Source: Planctomycetota bacterium
Lineage (GTDB): Bacteria > Planctomycetota > Planctomycetia > Gemmatales > Gemmataceae
Length of the DNA: 64,000 nt
Reading direction: 5' to 3'
NCBI GenBank assembly: GCA_016872595.1
Contig: VGZJ01000001.1
Location: 5,117-69,116 of the forward strand
Part shown: piece after piece, positions 48,051-57,936 of the stretch
Layout of the letters: each line of letters starts with the position of its first letter
How positions within the stretch are numbered: position 1 is the stretch's first letter
Made by a program: the position numbers and the translations under genes
The notes under the pieces: generated by a model
The model's database searches: none
Seen by the model: the letters and a program-made list of their open reading frames with translations, nothing else
Told to the model about the DNA's origin: nothing

Positions 48051-50618
48051 ATGCTTCGCTTCCGTACCGGCGCGCTCTTGGTCGCGCTGTCTGGTGTGCT
48101 GCTCGCGCTCAGCCCGGTGCAACTGCCCGCGCAACCACCGAAGAAGCTCGTCGCGCCGACCGCGACCGACCCCGCAACCATGAAGGTCGCGAAGGGGTTC
48201 AAGGTCGAGTTGCTGTACACCGTGCCCAAGAACGAAATGGGCTCGTGGGTGTGCATTACGCCCGACGACAAGGGGCGGCTCATCGTCAGCGACCAGTACG
48301 GGGCGCTGTACCGCGTCACCCCGCGCGGGATCGGCCAGAAGCCGGAGCAAACCGGCGTCACCAAGATTCCGGCGCAGATCGGCAGCGCGCAAGGCTTGTT
48401 GTGGGCGTTCGACGCGCTGTACGTGGTCGTCAACTCGCCCGGCAAGAGCGGGCTGTACAAAGTCACGTCGTCGCAGAAGAACGACACGCTCGACACGGTC
48501 GAACTGCTGCGCGCGTTCGACGGCGGCGGCGGCGAACACGGCCCGCACGCGGTGCTGCGCCACCCGGACGGCAAGCGCCTCACTGTCGTCTGCGGCAACC
48601 AGACCAAGCTCACCAAGTTCGACACAACGAAGGTTCCGCCGGTGTGGGGCGAGGACCACCTGCTGCCGCGCCTGCCGGACGGCAACGGGTTCATGAAGGG
48701 CGTGCTCGGGCCGGGCGGCGCGATCTATAACATCACCCCGGACGGCAAGAACTGGGAGCTGTTTAGCGTGGGGTTCCGCAACCAGTACGACGCAGCGTAC
48801 AACCGGGCCGACGACCTGTTCACCTACGACGCCGATATGGAATGGGACTTCAACACGCCGTGGTACCGGCCCACGCGCGTGTGCCTCGTGAGCAGCGGCA
48901 GCGAGTGGGGCTGGCGCAACGGTGCGGGCAAGTGGCCGGTTCACTACCCCGACACGTTGCCCCCGGTGGTGAACGTGGGCCCCGGTTCGCCCACCGGCGT
49001 GAGTTTCGGGTACGGGGCGAAGTTCCCGCAGAAGTACCAAGACGCCTTCTTCATCTGCGACTGGAGCTACGGGAAGATGTACGCGGCCCATCTGCGGCCC
49101 GGCGGCAGCGCGTACACCGCGGAACTGGAAGAGTTCGTCACCGGCACGCCGCTGCCGCTCACGGACGTGTGCATCAACCCGCACGACGGGGCGATGTACT
49201 TCACCATCGGCGGGCGCAAGACCCAGAGCGGCCTGTACCGCGTCACGTACACCGGCGAAGTCGATACACCGAAGTTCCCGGTCCCGATGACCGACGCCGG
49301 TGTCTCCGCGGCCGCGCGCACGACGCGGCTCCAACTCGAGGCATTCCACACCAAGATCGGCGCGCCCGCGGTTGACGCGGCGTGGAAGGAACTCGATAGC
49401 GCCGACAGGTTCGTGCGGTTCGCGGCCCGCACAGCACTGGAACACCAAGACCCGAAGCTGTGGGCCGACAAAGCCCTCGCGGAGAAGGACCCGCAGAAGG
49501 CGATCCTGTCGCTGCTGGCGCTCGCCCGCGTCGGCGGGCAGTGCCCGGAGCACGTGCGCCCCCACAAGCCCGATGCCGAACTGCGCGCGTCGATCCTCAA
49601 GAGCCTGAACGCGATCGACGCGAAGAAGCTCACCACGGCGCTCCAGATCGACCTCGCGCGGACGTATCAGGTGGCGCTCAATCGGCTCGGCCCGCCGGCC
49701 GCCGACGAGCGCGCGGCCCTCCTCACCAAACTGAGCGCGACATTCCCCACCAAGGACCGCGCGCTCGACGGGATGCTGCTCGAGATTCTGGTGTACCTGC
49801 AAGACGACACCGTCGCCCTGAAAGGCGTGCAATTGCTCGCCGACGCGCCCACTCAAGAGGAGCAGATCGAGTACGCTCGCTCGCTGCGCGCGCTAAAGGT
49901 CGGCTGGACGATGGACGCGCGCAATACCTACTTCGCGTGGTTCCTGAAGGCCGCGGCGTACAAGGGCGGGAGCAGTTTCGCCAAGTTCCTCGCGCTGATC
50001 CGGACCGACGCCGTCGCGACGCTGTCCGCGGAGGAGAAAGTCGTGCTGAGGGAACTTCTGGCGACCGACCCCGCGAGCGTGAAGCTACCGCCGGAGCCGG
50101 CGCGGCCGTTCGTGAAGGCGTACAAGCTCGCGGACCTGACCGACGCGCTCGACAAAGGGTTGAAGTCGGGGCGCGACTTCGACCGCGGGCGCAAACTGTT
50201 CGCGGCCGGCAAGTGCTTCGCGTGCCACCGCTTCGACGGCGAAGGCGGGAGTAACGCCCCGGACCTGACCGGCGTCGCCGGGCGGTTCAGCGCGCGCGAC
50301 CTGCTCGAATCGGTCGTCGACCCGAGCAAGGAAGTCAGTGACCAGTACGCGGCCGTTGAGATTCGCACGACCGACGACCGCGTCGTGACGGGTCGCATCG
50401 TGAACCTGAGCGAAGACTTCGTGATGGTAAACACCGACATGCTGAACCCCGGCGGCACGACGCGCATCGACCGCAAGTTGATCGAATCGATGAAGCCGTC
50501 GAAGCTGTCGATGATGCCGACCGGGTTACTCGACACGTTCAAGGAAGACGAAGTGTTGGACGTGATGGCGTACATGCTGTCGCGCGGCGACCGCACGCAC
50601 GCGATGTTCAAGAAGTGA
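48051..50618 (+). CDS. PVC-type heme-binding CxxCH protein (beta-propeller dehydrogenase-like domain + HEAT-like region + cytochrome c domain)
   Basis: Signal peptide MLRFRTGALLVALSGVLLALSPV, N-terminal FKVELLYTVP.., C-terminal CFACHRFDGEG heme-binding motif. Start at ATG 48051 within the longer track ORF. Confidence 0.85.
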   Translation: MLRFRTGALLVALSGVLLALSPVQLPAQPPKKLVAPTATDPATMKVAKGFKVELLYTVPKNEMGSWVCITPDDKGRLIVSDQYGALYRVTPRGIGQKPEQTGVTKIPAQIGSAQGLLWAFDALYVVVNSPGKSGLYKVTSSQKNDTLDTVELLRAFDGGGGEHGPHAVLRHPDGKRLTVVCGNQTKLTKFDTTKVPPVWGEDHLLPRLPDGNGFMKGVLGPGGAIYNITPDGKNWELFSVGFRNQYDAAYNRADDLFTYDADMEWDFNTPWYRPTRVCLVSSGSEWGWRNGAGKWPVHYPDTLPPVVNVGPGSPTGVSFGYGAKFPQKYQDAFFICDWSYGKMYAAHLRPGGSAYTAELEEFVTGTPLPLTDVCINPHDGAMYFTIGGRKTQSGLYRVTYTGEVDTPKFPVPMTDAGVSAAARTTRLQLEAFHTKIGAPAVDAAWKELDSADRFVRFAARTALEHQDPKLWADKALAEKDPQKAILSLLALARVGGQCPEHVRPHKPDAELRASILKSLNAIDAKKLTTALQIDLARTYQVALNRLGPPAADERAALLTKLSATFPTKDRALDGMLLEILVYLQDDTVALKGVQLLADAPTQEEQIEYARSLRALKVGWTMDARNTYFAWFLKAAAYKGGSSFAKFLALIRTDAVATLSAEEKVVLRELLATDPASVKLPPEPARPFVKAYKLADLTDALDKGLKSGRDFDRGRKLFAAGKCFACHRFDGEGGSNAPDLTGVAGRFSARDLLESVVDPSKEVSDQYAAVEIRTTDDRVVTGRIVNLSEDFVMVNTDMLNPGGTTRIDRKLIESMKPSKLSMMPTGLLDTFKEDEVLDVMAYMLSRGDRTHAMFKK

Positions 50619-50637
50619 TCGCGACGCGCCAACAACA

Positions 50638-50671
50638 ACGACGCGCAGAGGTTCACACCTCTGGGCGTCGT
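50638..50671 (+). terminator. hairpin after the heme-binding protein gene
   Basis: ACGACGCGCAGAGG (50638-50651) pairs with CCTCTGGGCGTCGT (50658-50671), with one mismatch and a 6-nt loop. Confidence 0.45.
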
Positions 50672-50679
50672 GCGTGTAA

Positions 50680-50766
50680 TGGGCGAGGCGGGATTCGAAC
50701 CCGCATGCCCCTCACGGGGCGGCGGATTTTAAGTCCGCTGTGTCTAGCCAGTTCCACCACTCGCCC
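50680..50766 (-). tRNA. tRNA-Leu (anticodon UAA)
   Basis: Reverse complement GGGCGAG...GCGGA-CTTAAAA-TCCGC, long variable arm CGCCCCGTGAGGGGCAT, T arm GCGGG-TTCGAAT-CCCGC, acceptor CTCGCCC plus A. Confidence 0.88.
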
Positions 50767-50810
50767 GGAACGGAAATCATTGCAGGTCGCGGGACGAGCG
50801 GCAAGGCGAC

Positions 50811-51155
50811 TCAATCGAACATGCCGGCCACGTCCACGAGCTTCTTGACCTGATCGGCCCCGAGGCGGCCGACCATCGCGCGGACGGCTTCGAGGTCCGC
50901 GAACACCGCTCCGGGCTTGCGTCCGGGCTTGCGCCCCGGCTTCGCGCCCGCGGGGACCGCCCTGCCCGCCTTCCGCTTCTCCTTCTTGATGTTCGACTTG
51001 TAGTTCGAGATGTGCGTCGTCTTAAGCTCGACGCCGAACGTGTCGCGGATAAACGACTGCAGTTCTTTCGTCTTGACCTTCCACCCTTTCTCGTCGAGGG
51101 CGGCCTGAACCATCGCCTTTTGTGTGGGCTTCCCGTCCGACGTACCGCGAGGCAT
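50811..51155 (-). CDS. small Lys-rich protein (possibly DNA-binding; hypothetical)
   Basis: 114 aa starting MPRGTSDGKPTQKAM.. after a GGAGAA RBS. It contains KKEKRKAGRAVPAGAKPGRKPGRKPG. Coding bias is acceptable. Confidence 0.55.
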   Translation of the reverse strand: MPRGTSDGKPTQKAMVQAALDEKGWKVKTKELQSFIRDTFGVELKTTHISNYKSNIKKEKRKAGRAVPAGAKPGRKPGRKPGAVFADLEAVRAMVGRLGADQVKKLVDVAGMFD

Positions 51156-51180
51156 CGGTGTTCTCCAGATGTGTGAATGG

Positions 51181-51206
51181 GCGTTGAGATGTACAACTCT
51201 CAACGC
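51181..51206. promoter_or_regulatory. 9-bp perfect inverted repeat between the sulfate-binding protein gene and the Lys-rich protein gene
   Basis: GCGTTGAGA (51181-51189) pairs with TCTCAACGC (51198-51206). It lies 26-51 nt upstream of the minus-strand ATG at 51155, and could be an operator or the terminator of the upstream gene. Confidence 0.35.
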
Positions 51207-51297
51207 GCCTTTATGTAGAGTATATTTCTGACAACGTGTAGTAGGCCGCGTAACTTTTTCAGTTTCCGCAGGTTGCCGCGTCGGTATAACCCGACGG

Positions 51298-52296
51298 TCA
51301 GCGGCCGGATTGATAGATGCGGTCGAACTCGCCGCCCTCGGAAAAAAAGTCGGTTTGGATCGCGGTCCACGAACCGAGACCGAAGCGATTGTCGTCGGCG
51401 CTGAGGAGCGTGTGGGGGAAGGTGCCGTCGCCGGGCGTCGGGTCGCCGAGGCGGAAGAATAGCGACGAAATGATCTCGCGCGCCGCGGGGTTGGTGGAGA
51501 TAAAGTTGAGGTATGCCTCCGCGACCGCGCGCGTGCCCTTTCTGTCAACGTTCGCGTCAACGAGCGCGACGTGCGGTTCCGCGCGGATGCTCACCGGCGG
51601 GCGCACGATCTCAACGAGGTCTTTCAACTCGCGCTTTTCCAGTTCCGCCTCGTTCTCCCATGTGAGGTGAACGTCGCCGATGTTCTTGCGCGCGAACGTC
51701 ACGGTCGCGCCGCGCGCGCCGGTATCGAGCACCGGGACGCGCTTGTACATTTCGGTTACGAACGCCCGCGCCGCGGCCGTCGTACCGCCGCGGTTCAGCA
51801 CGTCGAGCCACGCGCCGAGCATCGCGAGCTTCGCCCCGCCGCCGGTTTTCGGGTTGGCGGTCACGATCTTCACGCCCGGCTTCAACAGGTCCGGCCAGTC
51901 GCGGATCCCGAACGGGTTCCCCTTCCGCACGACGAAAACGATTGTCGAGATGTACGGTAGCGAACGGTTCGGCAGCCGATTCTCCCAGCCGTCGGCAACC
52001 AGCTTCTTCGCGCGGATGTTGTCGATGTCGTTCCACATCGCGAGCGTAACCACGTCGGCCGGGATGCCGTCGATGACCGCGCGCGCCTGACTCCCGGATC
52101 CGCCGTGCGACTGGCGCACGCGCACCGTTCTGCCGTGCGCGCCCGCGTAGAACGCGGCGAAGGCGTGGTTGAGTTTGCGGTACAGTTCGCGCGTCGGGTC
52201 GTAGGAGACGTTGAGCAACTCGAAGTCGGCGCGCGGCCCGCCGCACCCGGAGAGCGCGGCCAGCGCCCCTGTCGTGAGGAAGTGACGTCGGTTCAT
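51298..52296 (-). CDS. sbp: sulfate/thiosulfate ABC transporter substrate-binding protein
   Basis: LLNVSYDPTRELY, QSHGGSGSQARAVIDGIPADVVTLA, IVFVVRKGNP, TANPKTGGGA and WENEA track E. coli Sbp/CysP closely. Signal MNRRHFLTTGALAALSGC. Confidence 0.92.
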   Translation of the reverse strand: MNRRHFLTTGALAALSGCGGPRADFELLNVSYDPTRELYRKLNHAFAAFYAGAHGRTVRVRQSHGGSGSQARAVIDGIPADVVTLAMWNDIDNIRAKKLVADGWENRLPNRSLPYISTIVFVVRKGNPFGIRDWPDLLKPGVKIVTANPKTGGGAKLAMLGAWLDVLNRGGTTAAARAFVTEMYKRVPVLDTGARGATVTFARKNIGDVHLTWENEAELEKRELKDLVEIVRPPVSIRAEPHVALVDANVDRKGTRAVAEAYLNFISTNPAAREIISSLFFRLGDPTPGDGTFPHTLLSADDNRFGLGSWTAIQTDFFSEGGEFDRIYQSGR

Positions 52297-52324
52297 ATGC
52301 AGATTGTACATAACGCGGCGCGAT

Positions 52325-52984
52325 TCACTTCGGCGGGCGCAGCGATTCCACTTGGGGCAGGTCGTCGAGCGTGTTCATGCCGAAGGCTTGTAGGAACTTT
52401 TTCGTCGTGCCGTACAGTTGCGGGCGGCCGAGCGAGTCGTGCCGCCCGGCCACCTTCACAAGCCCCTTTTCCATCAACTGACGGATCACCTCGCCGCACG
52501 CCACTCCGCGAACTTTCTCCACTTCCGCGCGCATTATGGGTTGCCGGTACGCAACCACGGCGAGGGTTTCGAGCGCCGCGCCGGTCAGGCGCAGTTCGTG
52601 CCCGGTGCGCTTCAGGCGCGCGAGCCACGAGTGGTACACCGGGCGGGTGAGCAGTTGGTAGCCGCCGGCGATCTCCTCGATCTGAAACGCGGTGCCGTCG
52701 GCGTCGTACAACACGCGCAGGCGCTCGACTGCGGCGCGGGCCTCGGCCGCGTCGAGCAACCCGGCCACGTCCGCGAGCTTCCGCGCCGCGAGCGGCTCGT
52801 CGGCGATCAGCAACGCGGCCTCGACGCGCGCCAGTTTGCCGTCGCGCGCGTTCGGCACGCGCGCCGCCGCCTCACCGACGGGATCGAACCGCGCGTGCAG
52901 CGCGCGCGGCACGCGCGCGTTGTCGCGGTGGCGCGTGTACGGGCGGCGCGCCGCCGGGCCGAAGCGCTGGCGCAGGTGGTTCAT
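52325..52984 (-). CDS. scpB: segregation and condensation protein B
   Basis: [12 protein letters not shown].., [55 protein letters not shown]. Confidence 0.9.
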   Translation of the reverse strand: [219 protein letters not shown]

Positions 52985-53064
52985 GCGAACGGCTCCTTGT
53001 GCCCGAATCGCACGCACGATACAGTATCCCCCTGCGTTCGTCACCCCCAGTCAAGCGGTGCGCC

Positions 53065-54276
53065 GTGCCCGAACTGTGGTCCGCGTTCCTCCCGCACCCG
53101 TGGAACCTCGTTGCCGCCGGCGCGGTCGCCGCCGCGCTCGTCTTCGGGTTCATCGGCGCGTCCGCGTTCCTCGGCATCTGGGCCGAACGCAAGGTGTCCG
53201 CGCGCATGCAGGACCGCCTCGGGCCGACGCGCGTCGGCCCGCTCGGGCTGCTCCAGTCACTCGCTGACGGCATTAAGTTGATCGCCAAGGAGGACGTGGC
53301 CCCGCACGGGTCCGACAAGTTCCTCTTCAAGTTGGCCCCGTATCTCGCGTTTTGCGCCGCGTTCTGCGGGTTCCTCGCGCTCCCGTTCGGCGCGGGCCTC
53401 GTCGCGCACGAACTGAACGTCGCCGCGTTCTTCATGCTCGCGGTGCTGTCGAGCGAAGTGTTCGGTGTCGTACTCGCCGGGTACGCGAGCGCGAGCAAGT
53501 GGTCGCTGTTCGGCGGCGTGCGCGAGGCGGCCCAAGTGGTGAGCTACGAGGTGCCGCGCGCGATGTGCGTGGTGGTGCCGGTGTGCGTCGCCGGCACGCT
53601 CAACCTGAACACTATCGGGCACCAGCAACAGGGCGCGTTCTGGAACTGGAACCTGTTCCACGACCCGTTCACGTTCGTTGCGTTCTTCGTGTTCTTCATC
53701 ACCGCGACCGCGAGCTGCAAGCGCGCGCCGTTCGACCTCGCGGAGGCCGAGAGCGAACTCGTGGCCGGGTTCCACACCGAGTACAGCGGCATCCGCTGGT
53801 CGTACTTCTTCCTCGCGGAGTACGGCAGCATGTTCGCGGTCAGCGGGCTGGCGTCGCTGCTGTTCCTCGGCGGCTGGCACACCGGGCTCCTGCCGTTCGA
53901 GCCGAGCGTCGAGTTCGGGTTCTGGCTCGGCAACCTGTTGAACGTCGGCGTCTTCGTCGGCAAGTGTTGGCTTCTCGTGCTGGTGATGATGTGGATGCGC
54001 TGGAGCCTGCCGCGGCTGCGCATCGATCAGGTGATGATGACGTGCCTCAAGTACTTCCTGCCGATGAGTTGCGTGCTGCTTGTGGGCGTGTGCCTGTGGC
54101 AACTGCTCGTGCCGTCCGCGGTCGCGGTGGTCGTGAAGTACGCGATGGCGGGCGCGTGCGCGGCCGGCGCGCTCGCGGTGTTCGTGAGCCTGTTCCGTTC
54201 GCCGGGAACCGCGTTCGCCCCCGCCGGACAGTTGCCCGGCGCGTGGGACGGCCACACGTTCGCGCCGAAGAAGTGA
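53065..54276 (+). CDS. nuoH: NADH-quinone oxidoreductase subunit H (stand-alone copy)
   Basis: AERKVSARMQDRLGPTRVGPLGLLQSLADGIKL, ELVAGFHTEYSG, RWSLPRLRIDQ. GTG 53065 is preferred over ATG 52999 because the codons between them lack coding bias. Confidence 0.88.
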   Translation: MPELWSAFLPHPWNLVAAGAVAAALVFGFIGASAFLGIWAERKVSARMQDRLGPTRVGPLGLLQSLADGIKLIAKEDVAPHGSDKFLFKLAPYLAFCAAFCGFLALPFGAGLVAHELNVAAFFMLAVLSSEVFGVVLAGYASASKWSLFGGVREAAQVVSYEVPRAMCVVVPVCVAGTLNLNTIGHQQQGAFWNWNLFHDPFTFVAFFVFFITATASCKRAPFDLAEAESELVAGFHTEYSGIRWSYFFLAEYGSMFAVSGLASLLFLGGWHTGLLPFEPSVEFGFWLGNLLNVGVFVGKCWLLVLVMMWMRWSLPRLRIDQVMMTCLKYFLPMSCVLLVGVCLWQLLVPSAVAVVVKYAMAGACAAGALAVFVSLFRSPGTAFAPAGQLPGAWDGHTFAPKK

Positions 54277-54326
54277 GCGCGTGGGGCGTTGGTCGCGCCG
54301 GGACCAGACGCTAAACAAGCCACACC

Positions 54327-56621
54327 ATGCGCATTCGACCGTACCTCGTTCTCGCCCTGCTCTGGCTGCTGTACTTTCACCCGCTCGTGTTGCGCCCGGC
54401 GCACACGCTGTTCGCGCCGTACTCGGACTTCCTCGCGGAACACCTGCCGGCGAAGCTGTTCCTCAACCGCGAGTGGCGCGCGACCGGCGCACTGCCGCTG
54501 TGGAACCCGTACCACTTCTGCGGCGTGCCGTTCGTTCACGACATTCAGGTCGGGGCGTTCTACCCGCCGAACGCGGTCGTGTACCTTGTGCCCGGACGCG
54601 CGGTCGGGGCGGCGCTCAGTTGGGTGATCGCGCTGCACGTCCTCGCGGCCGGTATCTTCGCGTACCTCTACGCCCGCGCGCGCGGCTTGGGCGAACTCGG
54701 CGGCGTCGTCGCCGCGACCGGGTTCATGCTCTCGTCGAAGTGGATGACGCACCTGCTCCTCGCCGGGCACACCGTCACCATCGGCCTCGCGTGGCTGCCG
54801 CTCTTGCTGCTCGCCATCGAGCGCGCGGTCGCGCGGCGCAGCGCCCGCGGCGCGGTGTGCGCGGGCGCTGTGGTGGCGCTGCTCGGCCTCGGCACGCACC
54901 CGCAATGGGCGTTCTACGCGGTGCTGTTCGCGCTCGTGTGGACGTTCCCCGCGGGGCTCGCGGCGCGGAAGCCGTGGCTCGCGTGTTGGGCCGGGGCCGG
55001 CGCGGTCGCGTTCCTGCTCGGTGCGGTGCAGGTGCTCCCGACGCTGGAAGCCGCACAGTTCTCGGCACGAAGCGGCGGCCTCGATGCGCAGGGAACGCTG
55101 TCTGTTGGCATCGGCACCCTCTTCGCGCTGGTCGGCCCGTCGCGGGCGTACTCGCCGCCGCACTCGTGGGAAATGCAGGGCGTGTTCGGGCTGTTCTGGC
55201 TGGGGGCCGCGTGCGCCGCGCCGCTGCTCGGCGCGACCCGCGCCCGGTGGCAGTTCGGCGTGTTGTGCGGGCTGTTCGCGTTCGCGCTCGGCGGCGCGGT
55301 TCTTGTGGAATGGCTACCGGGGTTCGACCTGTTCCGCGTGCCGACGCGGATGCTGGTGGTCGCGGCGTTCCCGCTCGCGTTTCTCGCGGGAACCAGCGCG
55401 GACGCGGTGGCGCGCGCCGCGTGGAGCGCCGACGCGCGCCTCGCGCTGTCGCGCGGGTTCCGTCGCGCCGTGTACTTCGCCGGCCTGCCCACGATCCTCG
55501 GTCTCGCGTTCTCGGCCGGCGAGGTGAGCCGCGAGTTCGTCGCGTACTGGCTCGCGGCGCTCGTTTCGTTGCCGCTGTTCGTGCGCGTTCTGCAACAAGG
55601 GCGAACTTCACCACACGCGCGGGTCGCCCTGCTGGGCGCGATCCTCCTTGCGGACCTTGTCGCGCCGACCGCGCGCTACGTTGCGGTGAGGCCACAGGCC
55701 GAACTGCACCCGACGTCGCCGTTGCTCGAATACCTCGCCGCGCGCCCGGAGCCGGTGCGCGTCCTCGATTGGGACGTGGGGCAGAACGGGGCCGATTCGT
55801 CGGTCCTCGGCACCGGCGCGCCGCAGGCGCTCGTGCGCGGCGTCGCCACGCCGCGCGGGTACAACCCGCTCGACGTGCGCCACTACCGCGAGTTCCTCGC
55901 GCTGATTCTGAACGACCCCGGCCCGTTGCGCGGCAACGGCCCGTACACGCAGCAGGTGATCCCGAACTTCGAGGTCGGGAACGACACACTGTTCCGGTTG
56001 CTCGCGGTCACGCACCGCGTCGCGCCGCCGGGCGCGTACGCGCCGCCGGGCGAATGGAAGGTGCTGCTCACGGACCCCGCGCCGCCCGCGCCGCCGCCGC
56101 TCGCGCCGGGTTCGCCCAACCCGCTGCCGCCGCACGCCCTAACCGAGGCCGCCCCTGCCCCGCCGCGGGCATGGGTCGTGCCGCGCGCTGCGCCGCTGCC
56201 CGAAGACATGGCCGACGCGCTGGCCGCACTGAAACGCGCCGACTTCGCGCGCACCGTGTTCCTGACCAACGCGGCATCGACGGCACACGCCGGCCCCGCA
56301 CCGGGCGCGGCGCGGATCGTCGAGTACCGCGCGAACCGCGTAACGGTGGAACTGGACGGCTCCGCGGGCTGGCTGGTGCTGAGCGACGTGTGGTTCCCCG
56401 GTTGGACGTGCCACATCGACGGGGCCGAAGTGCCGGTCGAGCGGGCGAACCACGCCTTCCGCGCCGTGCCGGTGCCGGCCGGGGCGAAGGTCGCGGTGTT
56501 CACCTTCGCGCCGCGCTCGTACCGCGCCGGCTGGTGGGTCAGCGCGGCGGCGCTCGCGCTGGTGCTCGCGTTCGGCGCGTGGTGCGCCGCGCGGCCTACC
56601 CCCCGCGCCGGCGCAGGGTGA
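54327..56621 (+). CDS. polytopic membrane protein, YfhO/glycosyltransferase-like
   Basis: 764 aa with more than 10 predicted TM helices. The N-terminus (LWNPYHFCGVPFVHDIQVGAFYPPN) resembles the YfhO family (from memory). The C-terminal domain has the motif WFPGW. Confidence 0.75.
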   Translation: MRIRPYLVLALLWLLYFHPLVLRPAHTLFAPYSDFLAEHLPAKLFLNREWRATGALPLWNPYHFCGVPFVHDIQVGAFYPPNAVVYLVPGRAVGAALSWVIALHVLAAGIFAYLYARARGLGELGGVVAATGFMLSSKWMTHLLLAGHTVTIGLAWLPLLLLAIERAVARRSARGAVCAGAVVALLGLGTHPQWAFYAVLFALVWTFPAGLAARKPWLACWAGAGAVAFLLGAVQVLPTLEAAQFSARSGGLDAQGTLSVGIGTLFALVGPSRAYSPPHSWEMQGVFGLFWLGAACAAPLLGATRARWQFGVLCGLFAFALGGAVLVEWLPGFDLFRVPTRMLVVAAFPLAFLAGTSADAVARAAWSADARLALSRGFRRAVYFAGLPTILGLAFSAGEVSREFVAYWLAALVSLPLFVRVLQQGRTSPHARVALLGAILLADLVAPTARYVAVRPQAELHPTSPLLEYLAARPEPVRVLDWDVGQNGADSSVLGTGAPQALVRGVATPRGYNPLDVRHYREFLALILNDPGPLRGNGPYTQQVIPNFEVGNDTLFRLLAVTHRVAPPGAYAPPGEWKVLLTDPAPPAPPPLAPGSPNPLPPHALTEAAPAPPRAWVVPRAAPLPEDMADALAALKRADFARTVFLTNAASTAHAGPAPGAARIVEYRANRVTVELDGSAGWLVLSDVWFPGWTCHIDGAEVPVERANHAFRAVPVPAGAKVAVFTFAPRSYRAGWWVSAAALALVLAFGAWCAARPTPRAGAG

Positions 56622-57936
56622 ACAACAGGAGCGCCGCGCCGGCAATCGCGCTGCACAGTGAACCGAGCAGGATGCCGAGTTTCGCGTCGGTCAGCAGGCG
56701 CGGGTGTTGCGCCTCGGGGAACGCCAGACCCGCCACGAACAGCGACATCGTGAACCCGATGCCGGCGAGGAACCCGCCGCCGAGGAGCATCGGCCACGTC
56801 ACGCCCTGCGGCAGGGCCGCGACGCCCAACCGCACCGCGACGAAACTGAACAGCACCACGCCAACCGGCTTCCCCAAGAACAGCGCGAGCGCGGTCGCAA
56901 CCGAGACGGATTCGGTGATCGCGCTCGTGTCGATCTGCACGCCGGCGTTGGCGAGCGCGAACAGCGGCATGATGACGAACCCGACCCACGGGTGCAGCCC
57001 GGTTTCGAGGCGCTCCAGCGGCGACACGCTCTCCTTCGCCGCGAACGCCATCATCTGAAGCTCGCCCGCGTCCGGGCCGGTGTCGTCGTGTTCGAGCCGC
57101 GCGGCCACGTCCACCATCGAGAGGCGCAGCGCGTCGCGCCCGACCCACGCGCTGGGCGGCGTGAGCAGGCCGAGCAGCACGCCCGCGACCGTGGGGTGAA
57201 CGCCGGACTTGTACACTGCGAGCCAGATGCCCGCGCCCACGAACACGTAGACGGTGATGGCGCGCACGCCGGCGCGGTTGAGCGCGTAGGTGAGTACGAA
57301 GCCGCCCGCGGCCAGCGCGAGCATCGCCCCGTCCAACCCGCTGCTGTAGAACGCGGCGATCACGACGACCGCGCCGATGTCGTCGGCAATGGCGAGCGAG
57401 AGCAGCATGATCTTGAGCCCGAACGGGAGCCGCGGGCCGAACAGGGCCATGATGCCGACCACGAACGCGATGTCGGTCGCCATTGGCACGCCCCAGCCGC
57501 GGAACGGCGGCGCGCCGAACTGCTTCGCCTGTAGCGCCATGTAGATCGCGGCCGGCACGATCATGCCGCCGAGCGCCGCGGCCACCGGCAGCGCGGCCTT
57601 CCGCGCGTCGCGCAGTTCGCCGGCCACAAGCTCGCGCTTGATCTCCAACCCCACGACGAAAAAGAAGATCGTCATGAGCACGTCGTTCACGACGAAGTGT
57701 CCGAGGTCGCCGCCGAGGGTGAACGGGCCGATGGTGACGAGAACCGGCGTGTGCCAGAACTTGGCGTACGCGCCGGCGAGTGGCGAGTTCGCGAGCACGA
57801 GCGCGACGACCGTGCAGATCAGGAGCACGACGCCGCTGGCGGACTCGATCTGGAGGAACCGGGACAGCGGGCGCGTGAGTCGGCGGATCGGGGGCACCGG
57901 CAGATGCGGGTTGGTCGCGGTAGTCGCTTTCGCCAT
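56596..57936 (-). CDS. nhaA: Na+/H+ antiporter NhaA
   Basis: FLQIESASGVVLL.., the ADDIGAVVVIA motif, 12-TM organisation. Start set at ATG 57936. It overlaps the convergent upstream gene by 26 nt. Confidence 0.9.
   Translation of the reverse strand: MAKATTATNPHLPVPPIRRLTRPLSRFLQIESASGVVLLICTVVALVLANSPLAGAYAKFWHTPVLVTIGPFTLGGDLGHFVVNDVLMTIFFFVVGLEIKRELVAGELRDARKAALPVAAALGGMIVPAAIYMALQAKQFGAPPFRGWGVPMATDIAFVVGIMALFGPRLPFGLKIMLLSLAIADDIGAVVVIAAFYSSGLDGAMLALAAGGFVLTYALNRAGVRAITVYVFVGAGIWLAVYKSGVHPTVAGVLLGLLTPPSAWVGRDALRLSMVDVAARLEHDDTGPDAGELQMMAFAAKESVSPLERLETGLHPWVGFVIMPLFALANAGVQIDTSAITESVSVATALALFLGKPVGVVLFSFVAVRLGVAALPQGVTWPMLLGGGFLAGIGFTMSLFVAGLAFPEAQHPRLLTDAKLGILLGSLCSAIAGAALLLFTLRRRGG

Noticed and set aside
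54281-57058. 925-aa ORF, plus many similar long ORFs in the track (e.g. 3136-4905 minus, 7851-9755 minus, 41645-45235 minus, 48030-49856 minus, 5063-7246 plus, 33033-34898 plus)
   Set aside because: Their products are Arg/Ala/Pro/Gly-rich low-complexity strings with no motifs. They lie antisense or out of frame to genes with clear family signatures and the expected G/C third-position bias. These are typical shadow ORFs of high-GC DNA.
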